The notes: generated by a model from the letters alone, not told the origin. A stretch of 64,000 nt of DNA from Octopus vulgaris (GCA_951406725.2 OX597816.1:160766001-160830000), one strand, 5' to 3'; positions 1 to 13,378 are shown, counted from the stretch's first letter. Program-made: numbers and translations.

Positions 1-739
1 ACACACACACACGCACATACATACATACATACATACATACATACATACATACATACATACATACATACATACATGTGTTCTGCAAATTCTATTTGTAAGT
101 GGAACACTGAAAAAAAACGCAATGCATTTCTAAAATTCAGAATGTAATTCACTCAATGTTTCGCTTGGGTAAAAATTTCAATGATGGGGCTTTTTGTTTC
201 TTTGTTAAATACAACATCATTTATCCCGAAAGAATTCAAAGAATTAAAAAAGGAAAAAAATAGGCATTTATTCATATGAGTTAGTTGGTGCGTTGGTTCT
301 GTTAGTGATATAAGATGAAAATCGCCAAGGAGCCACTTAACAGACAATGTAATTCTATGCTTGAGCTGGAAAAGAAAGAAAAGAAGGCAGCCAGTTGTGT
401 AAAAATTGTTATAGCTGTGTATTTCGACTCGAGAAACACGGTCCTGTTTTTTCTTTTTTTTTTGTATGTGGGTGGCTGGCTGTTCGTCATTATGTTTATT
501 CGAATAGTTTTGTTTAAAAATCCATACGGTAGCATATGTGTTTGTGCATGTGTATGTTCCCGCATTATGTATATACCCTTGCGTGTGTGTGTGTGTCTGT
601 GTAGGTGTGCGTATGTGTAAACAACTAAGACACCAGTAAAAGAAATTTTCGTTTTCAACGAAATCAAATCATTTATTGTATTCAGATTTAAATATAAAAT
701 AGAATGTATTCATTCCTAATCAACATTAATAATCAATGT

Positions 740-1160
740 TTTTGGCATAATTATTTTGTAGCTTTTTTTTTGTCCTTAGTATTTTTTCGGTTGGAGGAGG
801 GGCGTTTAATCGAACTTTAAGCAATCTTTTTTTCAATAATACTGTCTCTAATTTCTCATGCTCATATTGAACTATCTCACAAAATTATTGAATTCCACTT
901 TGATTTGATTTAATTATCTGTCATAATTTTTCAATAGCGTATTCTCGTCTGGAGACTGTCCAGGATAGAATGAAAATTTCAATATCATTATCTTTAAGAA
1001 AGTTTTTCTCTAAATTGGCAGAATATTCAAGTGTAAAGCATTATCATTTTGGAACTTTGCCAAAATGGTATAGATAGGGTGTTGTTTAACTCCTTGCCTG
1101 TCAAAAGCATTTTCATAAGTTTGTCCAAAATATCCACGCTTGTTTTCAGACTTCGAGTTA
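740..1160 (-). pseudogene. Tc1/mariner transposase relic
   Basis: Minus-strand translation gives KFQNDNALH (1037-1057) and PGQSPDEN..IEKL*QIIK (~905-964), matching the FQQDNA(P)xH and WPxQSPDLNPIENLW DDE motifs, with stops and frameshifts. Confidence 0.65.
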
Positions 1161-1539
1161 AACCTTATTTCATATACATCATTTACATTATTTACATTAT
1201 TTACAGTTTACGGATATCTGTCCTCATCTTGTTTATTGTTAACATATCCGTTAAATGTAAATAATGTAAATAATGTACATAATTCCTCATCTCTTAAATA
1301 TAGAACTGTCTTATTTCATATGCTCTGAGTAATATAAAGCTCTCCTTTCATAAGTCTCAAGTTATTTTGGTGGTTTATAAAAAATTGTGAATGTGTATCA
1401 TTTATGATGAAACACGAACGCCAGGGAAATATATGCTGTGTGTCACATGTGATGTAAAACACAGCACACAGACAAAGGGTTAAAATGAAACCAAATATAT
1501 AATACATTTTAATAAAATATTTTCTGCATTTCCTGTAGG

Positions 1540-1846
<307 letters not shown>

Positions 1847-1900
1847 TATTGAGAACAAAAAATACATACGCCTCTCTCTCTCCCTCACACACAGACACAC

Positions 1901-1951
1901 TGAGTGGATTTGGTAGACGGAAACTGAAAGAAGCCCGTCGTATATGTATAC

Positions 1952-2008
<57 letters not shown>

Positions 2009-2326
2009 TAACAGAATGTGATAAAAAATGCAAGGCTGTGAAAGATTTCAGAACATTTATAAATAGGTCTTACAGCTGTTTCCGGGATATTCTTTATATC
2101 CCGGAAACAGCTGTAAGACCTATTTATAAATGTTCTGAAATCTTTCACAGCCTTGCATTTTTATCGCATTCTTTTATTTTTTTATATATACACATGCTGA
2201 TATATGACTTACGTTGCACACCTCATTCACTGAACCTCTGGAGCTTAACTATAAGTCTGTCCATAGCACTTACTCAGTATTACCTGACACCTTTGGGTCT
2301 TATTGACACCATTACCTCTCATAACC

Positions 2327-2425
<99 letters not shown>

Positions 2426-2640
2426 CCGTGTGTGTGTTTGTGTTTGTCCCCCCACCATCGCTTGACAACCGATACTGTTGGGTTTACGTCCTCATAACTT
2501 AGCGGTTCAGCAAAAGCCACACTGATAGAATAAGTACTAGGCATACAAACATTAAGTGCTGGGGTCGATTTGCTCGACTAAAGGCGGTGCTCCAGCATGG
2601 TCGCAGTCAAATGACTGAAGCAAGTAAAAGAATAAAAGAA
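1901..2640 (+). mobile_element. SINE family A, split at its internal microsatellite
   Basis: Body at 1901-1945 and tail at 2430-2640 (ggcggtgctccagcatgg..cagtcaaatgactga..), separated by a fold-back insert. Confidence 0.85.
2013..2172. repeat. Near-perfect fold-back, probably Penelope-tail derived
   Basis: Arms 2013-2090 and 2096-2172 with a 5-nt loop; GAAACAGCTGTA directly after the apical stem; embedded in (TA)n. Confidence 0.85.
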
Positions 2641-2799
2641 TACTTACATCTTTCTATGTTGTAGATTGGCGAAAACTTCACACTCGCGCGTGTCGTTCCT
2701 TCTTAAGAGTATAGGGTATGTCTGAGGTAGATTTAACTGCTAGCTCTATCGGGATGAGGCTCCCAGCATCAAGAACTGTGTAGCTAACGATAAAATATA

Positions 2800-3375
2800 T
2801 AACCTTTCTACTATAGGCACAAAATTTAGAGGAGGGGATAATGATTACATCGACCCCCATTGTGTAACTGGTACTTAATTTATCGACCCCGAAAGGATGA
2901 AAACAAAGTCGACTTCAGCGGAATTTGAACTCAGAAAGTAGCGACGGGCGAAATACTGCTAAGCATTTCCCCAGCGTGCTAACGATTATGCCACGATAAA
3001 ATGTATAACTATTACATATTCTTTTCTACTCTAGACACAAGGCCTGAAATTTTGGGGGAGGAGCCAGTTAATTAGATCGACCCCAGTACACAACTGGTAC
3101 TTAATTTATTGACCCCGCCCCCGAAAGGATGAAAGGTAAAGTCGACCTCGGCGGAATTTGAACTCAGAACGTAGCAGACGAAATACCTATTTCTTTACTA
3201 CCCACAAGGAGCTAAACACAGAGAAGACAAACAAGGACGAACAAACGGATTAAGTCGATTATATCGACCCCAGTGCGTAACTGGTACTTATTTAATCGAC
3301 CCTGAAAAGATGAAAGGCAAATTCAACCTCGGCGGCATTTGAACTCAGAACGCAAGGCATTTCGCGCGGCGTAGC
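2800..3375 (-). mobile_element. SINE family B tandem cluster
   Basis: Three units of gagttcaaattccgccgaggtcgactttgcctttcatcctttcggggtcgataaattaagtaccagtt (B box plus a central domain resembling Nin/Deu-type SINE domains). Confidence 0.9.
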
Positions 3376-3424
3376 ACAAGAACACAGCTTTGAATTTACG
3401 ACCCAACAAGGCAGTGTTTATATA

Positions 3425-3670
3425 AGTGATTCTCAACCATTTTTCACCTATGGCCCTCTTTAATTCCCATTTTACTCGGGTGGATCCTCATAGCCATTCC
3501 ATGTTTAAAAGTTCCAATTGTATTTTTAGAATTAAATCTTATTAGGAATTGTATTAAAATTTGCTAAAATATTTTGTGTATTGTAGATGTATAACCAGTT
3601 TATTGCACATAGTTTTTAACAGCAAAATCATAATGTGGATACCCAAGTGTCATAGGAGCCCAGTTGAAAA
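3425..3670. mobile_element. hAT-like MITE (copies at 7877-8178 and 52845-53000)
   Basis: Terminus agtgattctcaacc resembles CAGTGGTTCTCAACC TIRs; internal AT-rich body is shared among three copies. Confidence 0.6.
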
Positions 3671-3998
3671 GAGAAGCATTGGTTATGTGGTTACTAGAAA
3701 GAGCAGTTGAATCTCTTCTTAACTCTTATAAAGGAAAAGATAAATTGGTCAATTTAATCCTGGATATAAGATTGGATGGTAATAGTTGACCTAGATTAAA
3801 CAGCCTTTTACAGTTCATACGAGTCTGTGCACCGTCGATCGATTTGCGAGAAGTAGCAGCCAAATCTCCATAAAGTGATATTTTACTGTCTTAAAGAAAC
3901 GAAGGCTGTATTGGACACTATAGCCCTAGATATACTTTAATAATGGGATGATCATGATTGGAATGTTTTCTATCATATGTATGCAAAATATGACCAAC

Positions 3999-4128
3999 CT
4001 GAAATAAACGGAAGCGTAGTGTTGTCGTGTTCATAGTTGTCCGATCCATAAGTGGCACAAGGGGTGTGGAACAGCTCCAAGCGGAGATTGAAACCAGGTT
4101 TCTGTTCACTTTCAGAAGGAGCTCAAAT
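3999..4128 (-). CDS. Candidate exon (FELLLKVNRNLVSISAWSCSTPLVPLMDRTTMNTTTLRFRLFQ)
   Basis: Non-repetitive, AG/GT bounded, open in one frame, phase 2 to 0. No homology recognised. Confidence 0.25.
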
Positions 4129-4183
4129 CTATAAGCAATTCTGCAGTATATTCACATGTCAATATAAATATACAAAAATGCAA

Positions 4184-4815
4184 GGCGGCAAACTGGCAGA
4201 AACGTTAGCACACTGGGCAAAATGCCTAGCGATATTTTGTATCTTTGTGTTCTTAGTTCGAATTCCGTCGAGGTCGACTTTGCCTTTCATCCTTTTGGGG
4301 TTTATAAATTAAGTATTAGCTGCGTATTGGGCTCAATCGACTGGCTGCCTCCCGCAAAATTTCGGGCCTTGTGCCTAGAGTAGAAAAGAATATAAATATA
4401 CAAATATGCGTCGAGCTGGCACAATCGTGAGCATGGACAAAATGCTTGACGGCGTTTCTTTCAGCTCTCTACACGCTTAGTTCAAATCGCGCCGAGGTCA
4501 GCTTTGCGTTTCATCCCTTCGGAATTGGTAAAATACCGTACGAGTGAGTACTTAGATCGATGTACAGTAATCCCTCGATTATCGCGGATGTTACGTTCCA
4601 AAAACTCCCACAGAAATAATTGAAATCTAAAAAAAAAGTAAATACCTACCGGCCGCAGAAACATGTAATACACTGAGTATTCTGCGATATAAATTTACAT
4701 ATATTAGCTTGAAAAATCCGCGATGTACTGAGTGCGCGATAGGTGAACTGCGATATGGCGAAGGATTACTGTAGCTGACTTGTCCCCTGTCCCTTTCAAA
4801 ATTGCTGGCCTTGAA
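4184..4815 (+). mobile_element. Two SINE family B copies
   Basis: Copies at 4184-4390 and ~4410-4815; the second is interrupted by a MITE. Confidence 0.8.
4565..4771. mobile_element. pogo/Tigger-type MITE with TA target duplication
   Basis: TIRs cagtaatccctcg / cgaaggattactg, TA on both sides, and the host SINE resumes across it. Confidence 0.85.
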
Positions 4816-4944
4816 TTCTGCAACGGACTCCACTCCCACTACCACCACCACCACTTGAAAGGAAATGTGATCCCCTTTCATTTATTCATCATAGAAATCT
4901 TGTAACTGGCATTATGAATCCTAGGGCTCAAGAAAAAAATTTAA

Positions 4945-5320
4945 AGCATGGCTGTGTGGTAAGTAGTTTGCTTCCCAACCACATGGTTCCGGGTTCGGTC
5001 CCACTCCATGGCACCTAGGGCAGGTATCTTCTACGATAGCTTCGAGCCGACCAAAACCTTGTGAGTGGGTTTGGTAGACGGAAACTGAAAGAAGCCCGTC
5101 GTGTGTGTGTGTGTGTGTGTTTTCCCACCGCCGCTTGACAACCGTTATTTGCGTGTTTACGTCCGCGTGACCTAGCTGTTCGGCAAAAAAATGACCGATA
5201 GAATAAATACCAGGCTTAAGAAAAAGATAAACACTGGGGTCAATTCATTCGACTAAAATTCTTCAAAACGGTGCCCCAGCATGGCCGGATCTGACGACTG
5301 AAACAAATGAAAGACAAAAG
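4945..5320 (+). mobile_element. SINE family A, near full length
   Basis: A box tggctgtgtgg, B box ggttcggtccc, (TG)n, tail ggtgccccagcatggcc..gactgaaac. Confidence 0.9.
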
Positions 5321-6204
5321 ATACAAATATAGAATTGACTGGAAAATGCTCAACAGATACCGTTATGTTTGTAAAAATTCCTTTGGAAATTAGTTAGATT
5401 CTTGAAATTAAGAAGGAAACTATTTGCCAATTCCTTTCACCCCATAAAATAATTTCTCACAATGCTCCTTTGTAATAGAATATGTTAAAATAAATGAAGG
5501 TTTAGTTACAAATACTTCAGAAATACCTTTGCTAGTGATGAAACGAAGGGAAGAGAGAGATAGGCAATAGGGATTATTATTCTTTTTCTTCTTTTTTCTA
5601 GAAAATTCACTTTTACAACATCGTCTATCGAAAGGTTAAACTTGATATATTTTACACTTTGTTTAAAATATTTCAAATTTGTGGAAATCGCACCGACATT
5701 GTGTGAAACAAGCTTTCGTTTGGCAGATTGTAAAAACGACACACTGTAAAAATAATTTACGATCTGTCATTCCAGATGTATTGCAGTCTAAATTACAAGA
5801 CTTTTATAAGAGAAGTTTGTTTCTCTGATATTGGTGTGAGTCTCCACAACACGTAAAATGTTGTTGTATTGTAAATTAGACTGCACGAAGCTTGGAAATG
5901 ACAGCAGTAATTACTGGCTCGAAATGGTGTTAAGTGCTCTGTTCACATGGCTTTTAAAATAGCTATTTTAAGTTGATACACTTAACTGTAGTATCTGTTG
6001 AGCACTTGCACCTCTCCCTCCCTTGTACTACTTTTCGTCAGAAACAGCCACGAAAAAGGTTTCTCAAGAAGGGTCTCCACAGATAATACATATCTCGAAC
6101 CAGTGAATAACTCCAGTTGGCTGCTCTGTTAGCTAGTTTATGATCTTAGTAGACTTTATTTTCTTCTTCGTTAACGGTACTTAACGAGTCTGAAATTTTG
6201 ACTT

Positions 6205-6727
6205 GGATATTACTTACATTATTTACATTTGACGGATATTGTTGTTTGTTGTTAACAAACAACAATATCCGTCAAATGTAAAGGTGTCTTGGGGAAATTT
6301 CGATGTTGTTGTTATAATTATTATTCAGGTCACCGCTTGGAATCGAACTCGGAATCTTGGAGTTAGTAGCTCTTAACCGCTACGCCATATGCCCGTAGGC
6401 AATTATGGAGTGAATTTTAGGGCTTATAAATCTAATATTTTCCTATTCTTCTTTCATACCGGTTCCCATATGCTACTCATATCTACACTCGGTCTGCTTT
6501 GACGGTTGTTGTGTCCAAGCATATGTACCGCTTCTTTTAGTTTTCCAGTTGTGTTCTCTTAGAAATGAGAACCCAGGTTCGAAATTTCCACAAGACATCT
6601 GATGAAGGCTGGAGAGTATATCAGCCGAAACGTTGTGTTAACAACAAACAAGATGAGGACAAATATCCGTCAAATGTAAATAACGTGAATAATGTACATA
6701 ATTCCTCATCTCTCAAATATAGAATTG
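6205..6727. mobile_element. Penelope-like element 3' end with inverted pLTR copy
   Basis: Minus 6455-6560 encodes LKEAVHMLGHNN..SRPSVDMSSIWEP (GIY-YIG C-terminus-like), followed by a tRNA-like segment (6325-6394), (AAT)n and tail. An inverted plus-strand tail lies at 6560-6727. Related pieces at 1170-1310. Confidence 0.75.
6594..6640 (+). ncRNA. Type I minimal hammerhead ribozyme motif
   Basis: CTGATGA 6599-6605, extra A, stem II ggctg/cagcc, GAAAC 6627-6631, palindromic stem III aacgtt, stem I gacat/gtgtt. Confidence 0.8.
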
Positions 6728-9193
6728 TTCCAACTTGGATGTTTACAATTGTCAGTCACAACCTTGTTTTCGTCTTTATCTTCGTAAGCAAAATTGTCAA
6801 AAAGAAAACTATTAAAGTCAATCAGATGAATAATTCTCCAAAACCCTCCACCAATATTCGAAGAGTTTGATCTACCCTTGGTATTTCTATACACCTAAAA
6901 CTAGCGTCGAATATTGCGTGAGCTTCTGCATAAACGCTTAACCTGCTGAAAATAGCAACCAAATCTCTCTTATACCCAGTCACCTTAAACAAAGAAAGAA
7001 TACATTATATAATGTAATCCGTGACTTCTAAACTGTGGGAATGGTTACGACTGTAATGATGGATCAGGATTGATTTGAGCCAAACGAGAACGACGATTCT
7101 TTTCCGAGAAACAAATCTCTCATTTCATATTAGCGACTCATTTTTGTTGCCTCTTCTAAACTCTAAATTTTACTTTGTTTCCTTGAGATATTTCTGGCTT
7201 ATATAATCCATCCTTTTGCTCACCACTTGGATATTTTCAGTTATTCCGCCTAAAAGTCTCTTTTCCCTATATCTCTAAATTCAACCACTGTCTAAATCAC
7301 TTTTCCAAACTTCTCAAGCCATCACTACTGTCTGACTTACTTCGTCTCATAATCTCGTCTCTCTCTGAAACCACTAATCTCAATGACTTCAATACATACA
7401 TCTCGTTTTAGCAGTTGCCATTTATTTCACACAGACACTATTGATATAAAGATTCTGAGTTTGCCAGCAAGGTCCAATTAGTCTCTTTGCTCAGTCTTCA
7501 AACATCTTGACATTTGTCTCACCTCCACTGCCTGTATTTACCTATCAAAGTTTCTCTCATTAAGATCACTACAATTTTCGAAACTATCGAAGTTTATCTC
7601 ATTAAGATCACTACAAAATCGAAACTACTCACTTACATCATTCTGCTGCTCAACAAGTTCTGGCCGAAAAACCCACGAATATTTCAAGTCAGCTCACTTG
7701 TTAGACATCTGCTTATTTGGAATCAAATGTACTTAACGCCTGACCCATCCGAGACAAGCAAGTGATAGAAACTCTCCTTCGTAAAACCGAACTACACTCC
7801 GCCCAACTTCCAACTGTTACACACGCAGCTACACTGCATCACTACAGACAAACAATATAACTTTCAGTATCTAGGGTAATGGTTCTAACCTAGGGCCCAT
7901 TTGGTTCTTGAGGGTCCATATAAGATTTTATTGCTAAAATTTATCTGCAATAAATTGGTTATACTTCTATGTGACACAAAATATTTCAACAATTTTTTTA
8001 TACAACGGTGGTGCATCAGCAAACGACGGTGCACCAGCATGGCCGCAGCTCTGAGCTGAAACTGAAAAAAAAAATTCCAAATAATATTTAATAATAAAAT
8101 ATATGATTTTTAAAAAATATCGAATGGCTAAGAGAGTCCACCTGAGTAAAATAAGAATGAAAAGGGTTGAGAGACATGATCTTGAATGACCGAGAAACAC
8201 TGATCAAGGGGAAGTCACCTCCAGTCATCAACTGGGAGATGTTCTTCGTACACCATTTCAACTTCTGCAACAGAAATTATTAAGAAAGCAAAGCATTCTG
8301 TCGTGCACCACATCGCTTGTAAGTTCTTAGTCAAAAACACAACCAAGCCCTTCTAGTTTTTCTCCAAGAGGATTCTTTACTAACTTTACCAAATACTCGC
8401 CCCTCTTCAAAAGACACATCACTCATCAATCAAAATGTCGCTGCAGGAAGCACTCCTGCTTATGAAGCTGCAACATTTGCTGTTAGCTTTGATTCGAACT
8501 TCACGCGGTACAAAGACAACAGGATACCTCCCACATTTCCTTGTCGTACGTCCATGGACGAACTCTTTCTACAACCTAACTTGGTGACAGGTTCAGGCAG
8601 TAACCTTTTTTAACAATCAAAAAGTTCACACACGAGCTATCTTCTGCCCTCAATACACACACACACACATACACACACTCTCTCTCTCTCACTCTCCCTT
8701 TCTCTCTCACTGTGTATAAAGTTGGCTACGTAGTGAATTTTGATTAAAGTTTACACCAGTTGCTTTCTAAAACTAATATGTAGCACTATGGTCGAGAACT
8801 TAATAACAGTCTCTATTTACGAATTGCATCAAGTTTTAGGCAAAGATTCATTACGGCGCCGACATCATATAGAGAGGCAGGGAGAGTGGGGAGGGGAAGA
8901 ACTTAGTAATGTGCAAATAGCCGAGTCGACATGATATCATACGACTAGCTACAAGATCGGCTGGATGGTATTCTGTCACAAGCATTACCTTGTGTCTTTG
9001 GTTCGGTAAACACTGAAATAAGTGAGTACACATGAGTGGAAATAGGTGTCACGAACAAAGAACAATTTCTCTACTGCAAAAAGCGGTAGCACTGGAAACA
9101 TACCGAATGTTTTGTGAGTTTGCGACGCTAAGTTCAATTCCTGCTTAAGTCGTCGCCTAGATGATGACATCTCCACCACAAGCAGCTTTTATT

Positions 9194-9495
9194 CTACCCC
9201 TTTGTCAGAATCGAGATATCAACGTCCATAACCTTTACCGAGGCTTCTGCGGTTGGGGTAATTCTTATCCAATGACCGGAGATCCGATCTGAATGCCAGC
9301 AATATAACTGGATGATGGTCATTTTATCTGGGCAATGGATCACATCGTTTACCAAAATCGAAGAATGGCGAGCGTCTGTGCAGTTTTTGTCAGCCAAATT
9401 TTCATGCGTCAGAGTTTGGTCGATCTGGCAGTGAACTTGAACTCGAAGCCATGTAGATTCAAAGTGAAACACCTTATCGACATGGCCATGGAGGC
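9194..9495 (-). CDS. Candidate coding exon (LHGHVDKVFHFESTWLRV...GHWIRITPTAEASVKVMDVDISILTKG)
   Basis: About 100 open codons of non-repetitive sequence starting at an acceptor-like tttatctag; no family securely recognised. Confidence 0.3.
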
Positions 9496-10668
9496 CTAGA
9501 TAAATTATTATCTTAAGGTAAAAATAAATCTGTAGTTGTTACTCTGCCTCTAAATCGATTATGCGTCTCAGTGCAAAAGCTTCAAGTGTTTTATATTATG
9601 TTTCAACACAGTTTTCTCGGTACAAGGGAGAATTTTATACGTGTATGTATATATATATATAATGTCTATACATACATATACATATATATGTGTATGTATA
9701 TATATGAATATACATACTTATATACATATACATATATATACATATATATACATGTGTGTGTACTGATATATGCACATATACACGTTTGTGTGTGCACGCG
9801 TGCCTGCGTGTGCAGCCGTACAGGCGTGTGCGCTAGTATCTCCCACCAATGGAGAACGTGGTAATTTGTTATGTTGATATTAACGATAAAATATCTCCTC
9901 ATCAAACTTACTCCATTTCAAACACATCTAATAGACTTTATCTTAACGTGTGCAATCATGCATTACAGCCGAGGGAAGATACAGACATTCACATCTAGGA
10001 TGAAGGTGGTGTAGTGTGGGGAAGGGGTGGCGGTAAAAGAAAAAAAACGATGAGAGGCGAGAAGAACAAGGAAGAGGAAAAAACACGAATGAAAAATTTT
10101 TAAATACCAAAAACAAAACAAATAAAGACGTGCGTGTAGATGATTTGTTTGCTTTTTAATTCCTTCATTCGCTCATTCTTACATTCTTAGAATATCATGT
10201 TCTGTTGAAATATAATGCAACGGATGCAAATTTTAGCCGCGATCAATATTTTGTGTGCACATAACGAAAGTTTTTTTTTCCTTTTTTTTTCCATTTTATC
10301 AGATATAAATCTCGCAATCACGCACCAATGTTAAATTTTCACGTGTTATGGCATCGCTTTTCGTATAAATAGATGAAATAAATATAAAGATATTTTATGA
10401 TACGAAATGTCTAAATCGTTCCTTCCTTACGTTGGTAACTCTAATACTGTCAGTTAATACGTTCGTATTTAGTATTTTCCCGGGTAATAAATATATCCTG
10501 AGCATTGATATGGGATAATGGTAATGATTATAGCATTAAGGGTGGTGGTGGCTGTAGTTAGCAGAATATGGGATAGGCATACACGCATGTATGTATGTAT
10601 TTATGTATCTCATTCTCTCGTTCTCTCCCTCTCTCTATCTGTCTATCCTATCTGTCTAATCATTGTAT

Positions 10669-10729
<61 letters not shown>

Positions 10730-10764
10730 TACATATATGTTTATATATATGCATATATTTTATT

Positions 10765-10798
<34 letters not shown>

Positions 10799-10871
10799 TT
10801 TAAGAGACAGAATCACCATCAAGCGACTCAATCATCATTGAACGACATTATCCACGATAGGAGGTACATAT

Positions 10872-12141
10872 ATTTTTTTTTTTATTTCATTTATCTAGTT
10901 TAAGCTCACAAGCTGTGGCCATGCTGGGGCACCGCCATTTGGTGTTGCTACATGATTTTACTTCACGAATGCTTTTTAGCAATTGCCATTTGGTGCATGA
11001 GAGAGTTCGATGCAGCTGCCCTCATCTGCACCTCCTGCCGTGAAGTTGGTTCATCTGGGATACCTGGCAAGAAGAGATCCAGTTTCATTTTAAAGACATC
11101 TGCATCCACCCCATGCAGGTCTCTTAGGTTCTTCGGAGGATATTGAAGAGCTGTGGGCCTCGGAAGCCCAGGCTATCACAGTATCTTGTCCTACATCTTG
11201 ATGGCAAATTTGGAGTCCTTGGCACTATGCAGTGACGCCCAGTTCTGGCATTTGTGTAACTCTCGATGCCAAAGTTTGGGACAATCCTTCTAGGATCTTC
11301 CAGATGTATATTATGGCATATCTTTCTCGCCTACGCTCTAAGGAATAGAGTCTCAATCTCTTGAGTCTTTCCCAATAGCTCATATGCTGCATAGAGGCTA
11401 TCTTCTTCGTGTAGCTTCGTTGGATCACCTCAAGTTCTATGATTAACTTGACACTGGATGGTGACCATAGCTGAGAGCAATAGTCAAAGTGGCTTAGGAC
11501 AAGTGTCCTCCAGAGGACCATCATGGTTTCCTGGTCTCTTGTTCTGAAGGTTCTAAGAATCCATTCAGTCAGCCGCCTACATTTCATTGCCAATTTAGCA
11601 ACATGCACATGAAAGGTTGCATCATCATTCATGTAAATACCCAGGTCTCGCACTGATTGTGCCTCTGGGATTGCAGTCCCTCCAGGTCCAGTGTATTTAT
11701 TGGGTATTGCATTTAGTTTTGCGTGCTGATAGCATAGAGCTTGAAACTTTTCAGCATTGAACTGCATGCTATTCTTTTCAGCCCACTTGTATAATTTGTC
11801 CAGCTCACATTGCAGGTGCATAGTGTCTTCAGGGTTCTGTATTGCCTGTGAAACTTTTGTATCATCTGCATAACTTGTGATCGTGGCTCTCTGCGTGGCT
11901 GAGAGCATGTCTGAGAGGACCATTATGAACAGTAGTGGTCAAAAACAGTACCCTGCGGAACACCGCTCACTATTTGCGTGTTAGTGGAAGTGGCCCCATT
12001 GGCTACTACCACCTGACTTCTATCCTTCAGAAAGTCATGAAGCCATTCTCCCAATTTTCCAACTATGCCAAGATCACGCAGTTTGTGACATATCATTCCA
12101 TGATCGACTTTATCAAAGACCTGTAAAATCCTGGTCCACAT
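10872..12141 (-). mobile_element. CR1-like LINE, 5'-truncated, RT C-half and 3' UTR
   Basis: FDKVDH, SGVPQGTV, YADDTK, DLGI, DYCSQLWSP, LYSLERRRER motifs with frameshifts; A-rich tail. Confidence 0.93.
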
Positions 12142-12299
12142 TCTGACGAAGTGTGTCAGAAAGGTGGAATTTTCTCCTGTATGGTTTTTGTTACATATGT
12201 TCTACCTGAGAGAGTGGAAACGTTGAAGGAAGCAACTCTTAAAAGTGTTTGTTGTTTGACTTGCCAAATTATTCCAGACATAAGATTCCTCAACATAAG

Positions 12300-13200
12300 A
12301 TTACAGCTTGTAAGGCTTTCTAGAGGGTTAGTGTTTGCCTATCTTAAAGATTAATGTTATGACAAGGAAGTTAGGATTTTGCTAGTAGCTATGACTTGGT
12401 TAAACTCTATAAATTTCCATAGAAATTTTCCTTGTATTTATCCGTTTTGTGGTTATGCATGTTATATGATTGTGCTAAGCCATCATCTCTGAACAATCCA
12501 AAGCTGATGTAATATTCTCGAATCATTCATAGTATCTTCATTTTTTCATTAGTGCTTAGGCATTTGTGGCATTCTTTGTGTGGAACTGGGGAGATACAGA
12601 AACCGTTGACGCATAAGTTTGGGGTTTGGGAGATTCATTCTCCCCGTTTGGCAATTAGGTACAAACATTTCTTTTGACCAAAGCCCATTCCTATCACAGC
12701 TGGAAATATTTTAATTGGCACCAGCTGCTATTTTGGCATTGTTAACATTCTTAACGTAAATCTTCAGGACATTCAGGAAGAAATTATGAATTTTACTGGT
12801 ACCTTTAGCATTTGCAGACCCTAACATGTAGCCGGTGGATTTTTGTAATGGAAATAATTACAGGTTTGATGCCAAAACAAACAGAATTTCAGAGAGGTGA
12901 TCTTGAAATATTCTCTTTGAAATACTTTTTACTTCAGAGACGATCGTTCCGCTTTCATTCTGGGTGAGACTTGTTGCACAGGTCTTTGTGAACCTCTCAA
13001 TGGCAGCATCTAAGGTAGTAGGTACTTCTGTTACATGCTGAGCCTTCAGCAGGTATAAACAGGGAATATAGTCGAACGCTTTCCGATAATTGGGTCATAC
13101 TGTCACAAAGAATCCGTAGGGATTTCTTACTTTGGACGGTACAACATCGTTTTTCAAAAGTTATTCAGCATCTTCACACACCTTTCTTCCCATCTGCCTA
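12300..13200 (-). pseudogene. Old Dong/R4-like reverse transcriptase relic
   Basis: Degenerate motifs in the correct order: NYRKAFDYIP, RIFQD..LFVLA, FFLNVLKIY, IGMGFGQKKC..KRG. Confidence 0.7.
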
Positions 13201-13224
13201 CTCATCAATCACTATGTTATTCCA

Positions 13225-13378
13225 CCGAGGGCGACTTTTTTTTTCATCTTTTCGGGGTCGATTAAATAAATACCAGTTACGCACTGGGGTCGATGTAATC
13301 GACTTAATCCCTTTGTCTGTCCTTGTTTGGCTCCTCTATGTTTAGTCCCCTGCGGGCAATAAAGAAAGAAATAAAGAA
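13225..13378 (+). mobile_element. SINE family B 3' part
   Basis: Central domain plus tail ..ccctttgtctgtccttgttt..gggcaataaagaaa. Confidence 0.8.

Noticed and set aside
2600-2630. SINE A tail hairpin plus GAAAC as a hammerhead
   Set aside because: No upstream CUGANGA core or stem III; better explained as a LINE recognition stem-loop.
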